Shown: positions 26,170-37,922 of the stretch, one piece after another
Position numbering within the stretch: the first letter of the stretch is position 1
Layout of the letters: each line of letters opens with the position of its first letter
Assembly: GCF_000150275.1 (NCBI RefSeq)
Contig: NW_002060978.1
Span: forward strand, 1 to 64,000
Reading direction: 5' to 3'
Length of the DNA: 64,000 nucleotides
Origin: Trichoplax adhaerens
Taxonomy: Eukaryota; Animalia; Placozoa
Translations under genes and position numbers: made by a program
The notes under the pieces: model-generated
Databases searched by the model: none
What the model was told of the DNA's origin: nothing
Seen by the model: only the letters and a program-made list of their open reading frames with translations

Positions 26170-28622
26170 TATGGGTCGCCAATTACAGCGCATAGGTATT
26201 ACCAACGCTCATTTCTTTAATAATAAATATGATTCCAGTAAACAGTGTTACTATAGTTGATTGCCATTTTATAATTTATTATCACTTGCATTATCATAGT
26301 ATATATTTTGGAAAACCTACTTCAAAGTATATCTGGTAAACTTTTATAGGCTCTATAAAGCAGTACTTTAGAAGATTTAATAATGTAATGTAATGGAGAC
26401 TAATTTTCTTCAAAATATACGTGGTTATATTGGAATTAGCTATAATCCGCTTAATCCATTGCATTAATTTAACAATTTGGTCGCTCTATTGCTGCTTTTC
26501 TATCCATACATTTCATATTTTTAATTCAATTTTGATTGTATTTTAATTAATCTATAGTACATTAAAAAATGCGAGTTAGATGTACATATTAGTATCTCAA
26601 TTTCTACATGATCTCGTCTCGGTATTATTCAATTTTACATAACTGACCATGTCCTCTTGTATTATCTATATTTAAGTATTTTACGATCCATACATAATTA
26701 ATTACTTGTACCAGGAGAATAAATCAAATATTTATACAATTTCTCCTTACGTACTTTCTTTGCAACTTTAAACTATTGTGCATCGTAGTAAAATAGCAAA
26801 CCCATGAAAACATCGATTAAGCTGGGCACATTGGACTGTAGTGAGACCGAGATATAGCCAGATAAGCGAATACTCGTTGCGATAGCTTAGACTAACGTTT
26901 GGGATACGATCTAGTGGATAGCAAGGCATGCTACCGGTACCGTATAACAGCTATTTAGTTCAGAATGCAAATCGTGTATAAATATGTAAGAAGATTGCAT
27001 GCTATGATCCGGGCGATATACCTTACACCCTTTAATTCAAATATTTTACAGCAAACTATACATACAACCGATTCCTTTTCATTCCAGCTGATCGTCATTC
27101 AAATCTAATTTACATGGAAATGGATGCTATCGAAGAATACTTGTATATCGGATAGGTGGATCAATTAATTATATTATCGAACACATTCATGCATAGTACT
27201 AAAGGTATTCTATGGCACTACTGCTGCTAAGCAGTTTGTAGTGGAGTGCAATACACAAGTATTGCATAACAAGCAATAAACTGGACTGTATACTATTTTT
27301 CGTCTTATTCTAAATTAAATCACCGTGTGAGATAGGCTAATTAACGTATTAACAATTTCAAGTCAGGGTATATTCTGTACTTACCAATATTTAAGCCTGA
27401 TTTCCTGCTCCGCTTTCTACATTATAAAAGCAATTTTAAAGCAACTAACTAGTTAGTTCTACAAGTTACTGTACACAGTAAACTGGTATGCTTTGCCTAC
27501 AGTATTCTAATTTATCATAGTTATTCAACTATTATGGATCATGTGGTTTATCTACTATGTAACCTCAAAAGATTTACCCACAAACACAAACCTCAATGGA
27601 GAAACGTCAAAGTTACATCATTTTATCCCAACTCTCTTTTTGCAAAGCATTTCAAGATTATCCGATTCAACTCTAATTAGCTTATTGCAGGCATCATAAT
27701 TCTATTGAAACGCACCATCCATAATAGTATTGCGCTACTTTAAAGAACTTGCTTATTAAGTAACTGCCGACTATGCCATTCCTACGTGCCTACGTGATTA
27801 TACGCATGCATATTTATATTAATGTGAAGTAGAATATAAAAAGATAATTATACAATGGATATTCTCTAGTTTAAAGAAATAACCTCCAAAATTAAGAATA
27901 TTACACGGCGGAAATATCGTCATCCTACGTAATTAGAATCCACTAAGTGCTGCTTAGCAGGCGCCATAATATTAAATAATTTTCTTGTATTAGTATGTTG
28001 TCGTGACATTTATATGTTCGAATTTTCTAGCTTACAGTACATAAACGTATGTTTCATATATGCACAGATATAATCCTGAATAAATCAGATATGGAAAGTA
28101 TGATAAACGCTATGCAAAGTACACGTACTATTTTGTGAACCCATAAGCAATAATTTTTACAAGTATGCAACTACTAAAACAAGTATATAATGACATAGCA
28201 ATTTCTACATAAACCTTGTAAAAATAGTTTCTATTAAGTTTCGGCATGCAAAATAGAATATATCACCATTACACATGCAATAAAATTTGAAGTGTTTACA
28301 CTTCTTGTCAAGGTAAAAAACAATTATAAAATGGAAAGGCGTTATAGTATTCATTTAGAGTACACTTTTCTTCATGCAAAATAAAAATATAGTTCTATCT
28401 ATACCAATTCACGTAAAGCAGGTATTTTATATATCGATAGGTTTAGCAGAATCCACTGCAGCTCCATTATGTTATCGATAGTAATTTTCTATAGAATGAA
28501 GTTCATCGAAACAGCCATCACATTTTAGGCGACACCAGAAACTGCGGAGTCATTTTGGCTACAACACTAAATCATGGTAAACCATAATTGGAATAATATG
28601 CTACGAATGTTTAATAGTCAGC

Positions 28623-29732
28623 TTACATTAAATGGGTTACCTCCCGGTCTGCTATATCACCTACTTTTTTACATCCGTGTTCGGAAAAACTTTTACGGCA
28701 CCTATCAGCATTGACGGTATGAATTTGAGAGTAGATCAATTTAATAAGATCATTTTTACGCTCTGGCTTATCGAGGGTTGACACTTCATGATCTTTCAAC
28801 TTCCTAGTAAGGCTGGCATCAATGCATTGCAGAACATGGGTCATGTCCAACGGGAGGAAAGGGACGAAAGAGCTGACTAAACAATGCTTAACAAATTCGG
28901 ACGAAGCGAAACCCGTACGCGATGTAGAATCGTCGGCCGATGTACCACGGTAACTGATTTTTCTAATGATATCATAAAAATTTTCTGAATCGAAATCGTC
29001 AACCTCGGTTGTTACTGTAAACTGTCTGCAAGCTTCTTCATTGATTTCTCGAGAGGCATAATTACTGGTGAATATAAATATGGTATTTGCATAGCTGACA
29101 TTATCCACGCTACTTTCGTCGAAATACGGAGATAAAGCATCGATGACTCCAGCTTCCAGTTTATCCACTTCTTCGAATAGTACTAGTGGCCTAGTACACG
29201 ATTGCACAAATCTCTTGATTTCTGTCTTGAGTTTGTGTTTCTTACCGTCCATATTAAGATTAGTTAGGAAATCTTTCAGATGAATACGACGAACATATGA
29301 GCTACTTAGACCATTTTTATATAATACTTTAGCAAGTAACTTGGCAACCAAAGTTTTGCCAGTACCAACGCCACCATGAAAAGAGAGAACTAAAGCTTTT
29401 TTCGACGTTTTCTTTGAAATTCTCACTAAATGGCTAGTTAGCATATTCCTGATGATTTTCAAAGCAAGATCTTGTCCGAAAACATGCTGCTTCCATTCCT
29501 TAGTCAACTTTGCCTTGAAAATGTTGGGATCGTGGATAGCCCACTCGGCATTATCGCATTCCTTGAATTGGCAATATGCATATTCTCCAACTTTGTAAGT
29601 AAAAGGAATCGCAACACTCCATCCAACTAACGCAGCTGTAAAAAATTCGCTGTTAACTTGAACGAAGTAATTAGCTGCTAGTAATAGAAGACCAAGGTTG
29701 CAAGAGAAAATGAGTGATCGAGAAAGGTGCAT
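28623..29732 (-). CDS. Torsin-family ER AAA+ ATPase, intronless, 369 aa
   Basis: Signal peptide, AYCQFKEC, HVFGQDLA, KKALVLSFHGGVGTGKT (Walker A), LVLFEEVDKL (Walker B), IFIFTSN (sensor 1), FVPFLPL..HV..CI, FSEHGCKKV (torsin GCK sensor 2). Confidence 0.95.
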   Translation of the reverse strand: MHLSRSLIFSCNLGLLLLAANYFVQVNSEFFTAALVGWSVAIPFTYKVGEYAYCQFKECDNAEWAIHDPNIFKAKLTKEWKQHVFGQDLALKIIRNMLTSHLVRISKKTSKKALVLSFHGGVGTGKTLVAKLLAKVLYKNGLSSSYVRRIHLKDFLTNLNMDGKKHKLKTEIKRFVQSCTRPLVLFEEVDKLEAGVIDALSPYFDESSVDNVSYANTIFIFTSNYASREINEEACRQFTVTTEVDDFDSENFYDIIRKISYRGTSADDSTSRTGFASSEFVKHCLVSSFVPFLPLDMTHVLQCIDASLTRKLKDHEVSTLDKPERKNDLIKLIYSQIHTVNADRCRKSFSEHGCKKVGDIADREVTHLM

Positions 29733-30017
29733 TCTACTTTCCTTGTTTGCATTCGCTATTGATGCTGTATCTGCGTATTTTAAGCATTAGGATAAATAAA
29801 TTATATAATTATTGGTAGCCTTGACCACTAATAGCGTATTCGCTTTTGAGCAAGTATTACAAACTGGTTATTATACCGTACTAATATTAACTTGTAATCT
29901 GCCTTAAGCCGTCAACAAATGCCGGGAAAACTATTACCTTAACAGCTCATTATGAACATCCATGACCAGTAGACGTTTGTATACAGTAAACTGTCAGTAG
30001 TTGCCAAGATTGGCGCC

Positions 30018-30505
30018 ACTTACTACCCTATCTAAACTTAACATTTCTTACTATCTATGATTGCAGGCTCGTACGAATTAACATACTGTACGTCAACTTT
30101 TTACGCGTCGATTATTTCTATCGGCTCCACTGAAAACTAGTGAACAATATAGCTATTGCAATGACAGTTTATGGTTAACATCAACTACGGTGCTTAGACA
30201 ATTTAGTTTAGTACAGTATCCATTGGATATGTGTAGATTAATTATTTGACTTGTTACCCTACCTAAGGATACTTTTCTTACATTATTTACTTTCTATGAT
30301 TGCAGGCTCATACGAATTAACCTGCTTCAATTTAGATTTTTTCAGTACAGCCATTGCATTGGCAGTTCATGGTTAATATCAACTACAGTAGTTGGACAAT
30401 TTCGTACAGTATCCATTGCATACGTGTAAATTAATCATTTTACTTATTACCATACCTAAGGTTACTTTTATTTTCGTTCTATCGATTGGCTGTAGGCTTG
30501 TACAA
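30018..30505. repeat. Diverged tandem repeat, ~200-235 bp unit, ~2.3 copies
   Basis: Collinear shared blocks ctatgattgcaggctc[g/a]tacgaattaac (~30055, ~30294), atggttaa[c/t]atcaactac, gtacagtatccattg, tacc[c/a]tacctaagg (~30255, ~30448). Confidence 0.85.
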
Positions 30506-30920
30506 ACGCGATCACTTCTTCCAACGAAATGGACGAATAAACGAATCCACATGAAGGAATCTGTTTAAGCGGTGGACAATTGATGATGCTGTATCATACC
30601 GCGATACCGGTGCACAGTACGTTACCGTCTGTACCTCTGTACGTCCGTAGGGTCTCCATTATAGTACTAAGTACTGTACTGTCAGGGACTTTTCCTCTCG
30701 TGTCGCTTACCGATGATTTACAGTATAGTACCATGGACTAATACTGTATTAGTAACTTTAACACAATTTATGTAAATTTAAATAACATATTTACATAAAG
30801 CGTCTTATTTGCAATAGACTGATACAAAATTTGTCTAATTTAGTATTGAAATTGTGCTTTCATATAACTTCAATCGTCGTAGATTTTTTATGAGACATCT
30901 GGTAAGATTTTATGGTCCTA

Positions 30921-31041
30921 TACAGTACAGTACAGTACAGTACAGTACAGTAAAGTACAGTACAGTACAGTACTGTACAGTACAATCTGACCCTAGTGTG
31001 TACTGTACAGTACAGTACAATACTGCACTGTAAATACTGTA
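30921..31041. repeat. (TACAG)n/(CAGTA)n pentamer microsatellite just upstream of neurochondrin
   Basis: tacagtacagtacagtacag... about 10 near-perfect units, then inverted tactgtacag units. Ends ~110 bp before ATG 31152. Confidence 0.92.
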
Positions 31042-31151
31042 GACTGGATTTGCTGCTGCTCTCACAGGCAGCTAGAAAAGCGGTCGCAACTGAAGGCATC
31101 AGCGATTGATTGAAATGAATTGCAAATCCGAAATATCGACTACCATGCAAA

Positions 31152-34100
31152 ATGAATGAAAATCAACAATCCGACGACGCTTTCCTGAACTGTATTGATT
31201 TATTACAAGCATCGGATAATGATAGCCAAAAATTCGCTGCTCTCTTACTGGTATGTTGACGATAACTATCAAGTCAAAAGGATAAGTCGCTACTTTCAAT
31301 CATACGAGTGTTGAGCTAAATAAGCGCCTAGTATTGTTTGTAAACTACAGAGCATTTTGTAGTGGGCCACCGTGGTAGATGGAGGGCTCAATCTTATCAA
31401 TTGCATTTTAAATGCCTAAAATTCAATCAGTATATGCATCGAGTCAGATAGGATACAAACATCAACTCTCTCATGTTATTGGAGACTATAGTCATGAATA
31501 ATATTTCATCACCGTAAAAGGTAGTGCTTTTGCTAGTATGATAACGGCTAAGGATCGAAGCCTATGTAGCAGACATGATCCAACGACTCTATCGATGTGC
31601 GTTGGAAAAGTTAGCATTTCAGGACCAACATTTTATTTTGTAAGCTAATTTTCAGCAACTGAGTTGATAACGATTTATTTTGAAAGGTTACAAAGTTGAT
31701 ACAATCAGAAAATTTGAATCTTGAGAGCAAGAGAAGACTCTTTTCTGCCATTGGAGTAAACTTTATTATTCGCCTACTAAAGTCTGGTAAGAACTGCAGA
31801 TAGCTTATCGCTGTTGGAGCATTCATTTGTCAATCCTGATAGATTAATAGTCTGTTAAGTGTTAAGCTAATCCTAGATACAAAGTACATCATACACAAAT
31901 ATGCAAACAGCTTGATAAAAATAATAGAACGTCTGCAATAAATAGCTTGAATAGGATGCTCAAATAATTCTATATTTAAATGCAAAGCGAAATCATCCGT
32001 TATAATTATTTATAAACAATATTATTTAAATGTGCGCTTGCAGCTCAAGTTCCATCAGGATGTGATCCAAATATATTTAAGACCTTGGCTGTCACTGTTT
32101 TATCCGCTTTTTGCGATGACGAAGCCATTGTAAGTTAAATTGATGAAATTTCAGCTGCTGCAATCTACATGATGCTGCTGCGTGTATATTATCACAACCA
32201 TGGACGATTATATGTAATTTAGTAGTCTCATGTCACGAGCAATCTGTATCAATGTATCTAATTTGTTCATAATCCAATTGATCTATAGGTGAAAATTAAT
32301 AAATAAGGGAATGATACTAATTTCTATTTGGTAGACCACTTCGCGTAGATTGTAGTTATAATTTAAAGCTCTTTGTATGCATGACTACTCGCAGTTACAA
32401 TTATGTAATGTAAATATTCATTTCTTTATTAGGTTACTGATTCAAGTATGGAGGAGTGTTTGCACCACGTTTTGCACATTGTGGAAAGGTAAAAAATGAA
32501 TTCAATAAAATCAATCTGCTGTATTTACACCAAGAATCCTTAATACCTTATAGTTTCACGTTAACATTTTTTTTGGAAGTACTTCGCAAGGCTTCCAGTC
32601 ACAAGCTGAATGCTATCAATGTTTACATGCTGCTTCATCATATCAAGTTGGGCGTCAGTATTTACTGAAACTTAACGCTATAGAGACGCTGTCAAGGATC
32701 GTTACTAAATGTGAAACTATCAGTGGTGAGTGTAATACCACAACAATTACATAGGCAACTATTCGCTAACACATAGAACGAGCATCGCAATATGATCAGA
32801 AATTCAGCTTTTAGTCAATGGTAATTAGGGCTCATGGTCAAATTGTGATTTTTTCCAATGCTACCTAGAGTCTGAATCACCTCTTCAAATTCTCCTTAAT
32901 CTGTTACACGACTGCAATTTATCTCTGCCCGAACAGAAAGCTTCAGTTACCTCTCTATTAGAATTTTCAAGTCATCAATTTGCTACAAACCACGTATGAA
33001 TAAGAAACATTTACTATTGCTATTGCTATTAAGACGTCCTACTATTCTTTCCAAGCTAACATATATTCATGAATCTAAAATAGGAAAATGAGAAATTTGT
33101 TATCTGTCGAAAGATATCTGCCATTTTGCTAGCAACGAAGGTAATTCTGTAATTTCGTTATATCCTCGTTACTAGATAATCTTAAAATATTACTACATCG
33201 ACTGCTATAGTGACTTACTTGTGACAATGGTTGTGCTTTATTAGTCGTTTAATGAAAATTATTTGAAGAGAGAAATAGCACAGGGAAGCATTTGGATAAT
33301 TGATCATTTTATTTAATATAACGAACAGGGCTGCCAAGATATTCTGGGGCAATCATCCATAAAGTGTATTAGGCAAGGATTGTGGGATATCTTAAGAAGT
33401 AGAGTAGGTATGACTATTAATACGTCTTGATATAGCATTTCAATGTAGGAAAAAGGCGTCTAAAACTCCTGAATTTATATGCAGGTGCGAAGCATCGGGA
33501 GCCAACGTTTGAGCTATGTGCTGAAATGATCCGAAAAATGCAATTTATTTGGATTAAAAGTGACGATTTGCAATATACGTATGTTTTAGGGTTAAGATTA
33601 GAGTTTACATTGATTGCAGAAATTTATCTACTGAAAATATAAAGTTTCTAAAAATGCATATAAAGGTCAAATGATTTACTACGGCGTTGTTGCTTAGGGA
33701 AGAAGATATCAAAATGTTACTGATATTAGTTAACCTAAGCTGTGTGGTAAGGCCAACGTTGCTACTTCTTATGCTTTAATATTGGGTAAACGATAACGCA
33801 TTTAAGAACTTATATGATATATCTTACAATTGATGTAGGAAGTGCAAGTGCAGTTAAAAACTAACGCCCCTGGACAAGTAATTTATTTGTCACTAATCTA
33901 TTACTTCATTAGAATATGTATTGCATTACTGACAAGCCCAATGTTTTTGGCGCTGTAGCTCTTTCTAGATACTTGTATATTATCTAGCTGTTTCTTCATA
34001 ATCGAGTCCTTCATCTCGTGTATTTCTAGCCCAACCGGTAGATAGGAACAGTATTTGCATTGATGTCTTATTAATTTTCGAAAGTAATTCAATAATCTTT

Positions 34101-36825
34101 GCTGGTATTATCTCAAGGGTTTCTAATATTTCTAACCATCTAGATATCGCTAAACAAGTCACTAATGATCATATTATGTATTTACGGCCGATGCTAAATG
34201 AGACATTCATAAGTGTCACTGAATATGTTCAAATGATAACAATGGAGAAGAATTTCTTCAATGTTAGTACTTCATATAATCGTCTTAATAGAGGTTAATG
34301 TCTTGAATTATACCGATTGTAATTGCAGTTTATTCTTACTGTTTCATTTGACGCTATTATTGTCAACTCTATTGCATTACATATAGAAGCCGGAGCCTTT
34401 GTTGATCGCTTGTCTTCGACTATTGGCAGCTTATTTAGCTGAAGATTCTTCATTATCCAATCGGATTTATGAAGTTTTACCCCATATCTTAAAAATATCG
34501 TAAGTACCACAGCTTTATTGGACTGCATATTGAGATCGTGAATATACATACCCAAGATAAATCTTAGCCGTAGCAGACACTTTATGAGTTCTCTATATCT
34601 TATGATATTTTGATACTTAAAGATGCTATTTCGATTTATTTTACAGTTACGTCGAATTTGATCAAGCGACAGCAGAAGGTTGGTATTATAACGATTGAAT
34701 TGCCTTATTTATTACAGGGAAACATGGTATAGATAGATATAATATTGTCGTCATTTGTGTTTATACTAGGTAGTCTACTTGATGATTCGCGTGGAGCATT
34801 ACTAATACGTTTCTATTTGCCGGGCTTGTGTCATTTAACGGCTGAAGAAGATGCTTGTAAAATTATGGCGGATAATGGTGGGATTAGCTTTTTAACCAAA
34901 TACTTTTTGAGAATGTATTCAGATTTTAGCAAGAAAAGGTAACCTGCAGTAGTAATGATTGATCAGTATAAGTACGATGTAGTAAAAAAATAGCAATAAC
35001 ATATTTTTTCATTTGTCGATATCTAAATGGCTACGTTGATGAAGATTACAACGAAATGACAAATCATGCGATATCGAGTTCTTTGAGGTTAGATGTGTTA
35101 AATGCATGATAATATATGTCGTTATCATAGTTTGCTTTATATTTCTAGCACGATTTGCAGTATTGCCTGCGATATCTAAAGGCCATAGTTTTGTTGTTTT
35201 CAGACTACTCTTAAGCTGTTGTGTGGCATTTTCTTGAATATTTCGTTGGTGTATCCGACTGCAATAAGGTCTTGCCCTGAATGTTCAGGAATGTTGACTA
35301 CTATGCTTGTAAATAGTGATGTGGACGGTATGTGATAACTATCGCAGTTTTGTTATATTGCACTAAAATGTATGGGTATAGTATTAGTTAATTAATGGTT
35401 GAATGTTTTTATCCTTATTTTAGTTGATGCAGTGTCTACTACTGTAGCCATTAACATAACTGCTTTAAGTTTTGCTCTAATTGAGTGCAAGGCTAATGCA
35501 AAGGGTAAGTCGCAGAAAGTAAAGTATATTTACTTCAGCTACCTGATTACGTGTAAATGAATTGAAAATTTGTTATCCTTCATCATTATTAAATCAATAA
35601 AGGTGGCATAGATATGATGCCAAATGATACTTTTAAAGCATCTTTAGCGAATAAATTAAATTTCATCGGTTTGGCAACCCCTAATGTTGTATTAAACAGC
35701 AATGATAGACCAAGCAATTGGGAAGAACATGTAGAACTTTGGACTGTTGTAAACAGAGGTATATTAAATAAAATAGTTAAATCGATACCTAATGATGTAC
35801 GCCCTGCAATAAATCTGGAATGCTGTTTGCATGTATGATTTAATCTACTGGTTGTGATGATACTTTGCTAATGCATAACAAGATAGCAGATTTACTTAGC
35901 TTATGATTAGTTTTATTAAATAAAATCCCGCAATTCACGTACTGTATATGTTATAGTGGCAATAGGGATCATATAGATTTCCAGTGTACATATATTCAAG
36001 TTAGTGATTGTAATCTTGCTCTTTCGGATTTTAATAGCATTACTAGGAGTGCTTCGGTTGAATGTAGACTATTACATGGAAATTGTCAATAAATCTACTT
36101 TTTTGCAATCGGTCTATGACTGGACACAAGTCTTATCAGGTAATTATCGATTATTTGATTTGCTACTTTTATCTTTATTGCAGGTCCTTATATACTAACT
36201 CGGGTGTTTCTATTTTTAGTCAGTAACCACATCTATGAACAAAACAATTACATGATTGATTTACTACAAACTGTAGAAGAATTATTTATTTGTTGCATTC
36301 AATGTCGTCATGGATTGAGAACAATACAGAAAATGATTGAACCTAAATCTTGGGCTACAATGATTAGGTAAATAATACGTATAAAATGCTTAATTACAGA
36401 TTTATTGGCTATCTACGGGTACTGCTAGTTATTCTAGACGTCAATCAGGGGAGTTATTGATGAAAAATAGTTATTTTTACCGTTTCTCATAATCCATGGT
36501 TATCTGAATTGTCTTTGAAACTGGAAATTACTAAATTTCTTTACTTGCAATATTTACTTTTCTGCTCGAGCAGTAGTTGATCGGCTACATTTCATTGCAT
36601 AGCACGCCAATGCCAATTTAGAGAAGCACGGTTGTAAATTGTATTTTTGTGAAGAGGTGTTTGAAACGTATTTACAATTTCTAGTAATCAGGTTTATGAA
36701 CTTGATGATGTCTCTATATCCTTAGGTATTCTGTTTAAATGATTTGTTCACTACTTTATGATAGGAATCTCAACATGGCCAGATTGAAAGATTACGTAGA
36801 TATCACTCATGTAAATGTTGACTAA
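31152..36825 (+). CDS. NCDN: Neurochondrin (Norbin), ARM-like repeat protein, multi-exon
   Basis: MNENQQSDDAFLNCIDLLQASDNDSQKFAALLL|VTKLIQSENLNLESKRRLFSAIGVNFIIRLLKS|..VPSGCDPNIFKTLAVTVLSAFCDD matches the neurochondrin N-terminus (NDSEQFAALLLVTK...RRIFDAVGF). Also GLWDILRSRV, WLAEDS..R, RFYLPGLCHLTAEE, NWEEHVELW. Last exon ends ..HVNVD* at 36825. Confidence 0.93.
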
Positions 36826-37922
36826 ATACTCACCGTACTCTCTTTGAAAAATATATTGAGCTTTATGTGGACAGCTTCGTTTAGGATCGAACGGTATCAG
36901 TATCTAAAACTGTTTGTTGATGAGGCTACCATTGCGATTATTTATCGCTTCACTAGATAGACTGTATTTTTGTACACTTGGTGATTTGTGATTTCATTAG
37001 GTTCACTAAGAAATAAATTTGAATAACTTTTGTTTTATAATTCTACGGAAATTAATAAAAGTTGTTATGCATATCGAATGAAACGGTAATACGCACGTTT
37101 TGAACAATTTATGTGTCATCCCCTTGTGAAAATTTGCCATGAGTTGGCCACATTATTAAGAAGATCAAGGTGACATTTTACAATAAAATTATTTCAATTA
37201 CTCATCATTTTTATTCCTGGAATACGCATACTTAAAACTTGACAATGTATTGAAATAAGCCATCACTATAATCACTTGTAATTGCACGTGGTTTGATAGG
37301 GAGGAGTGTTAATGCGCTTCAGAGTATAACAAATAGTATTGTATAGGCCACTTAAGAAATTTAATTGCTTGGCCTTAATGAAAAATGCTTATCTCTGAAA
37401 CAACTATAATTGTATAATTAATATTCATTTATAGTGAAGAATGCATAAATACAGTACTGAATATGCATAGCTCTAACAATAACATTTTAATCTATTATAA
37501 AAGGTCAGGATAATCATGCGGAAATGTTTACATAAGCATGAAATTATCCCTTATTACATTAGCCAGAACGTTAAAATTGTTTAATTAAGTTGATACCTTT
37601 GTCTTAAACAATTATTCCTGTAAGGGTGGAGCAATAGGGTGGGTTGTACTGAAGTTATCATTAAGCAGAAACCGCGATCAATTATCGTTCATAACTCCTG
37701 TTCACTTATCGCAGTGGATCGGTAGGAAATTGCTATTAGAAGAATTAGGTGTCGGACAGTTTTCAAGTTATCAATAATTTGAATTAGCTTCTACGTTGAC
37801 AAGATCATTTCTTCAGTGGCTATTGATATTAAAATTCATTGAAAGCCATAATCCTATTTTTGCTATATCGTATTATCTTGCACACTTTATTACCAGTAAA
37901 AAAAGTTGGTAACTGAAGAATT

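Noticed and set aside
26800-27100. Slightly GC-richer patch as a possible ncRNA
   Set aside because: No tRNA, snRNA or snoRNA hallmarks recognisable.
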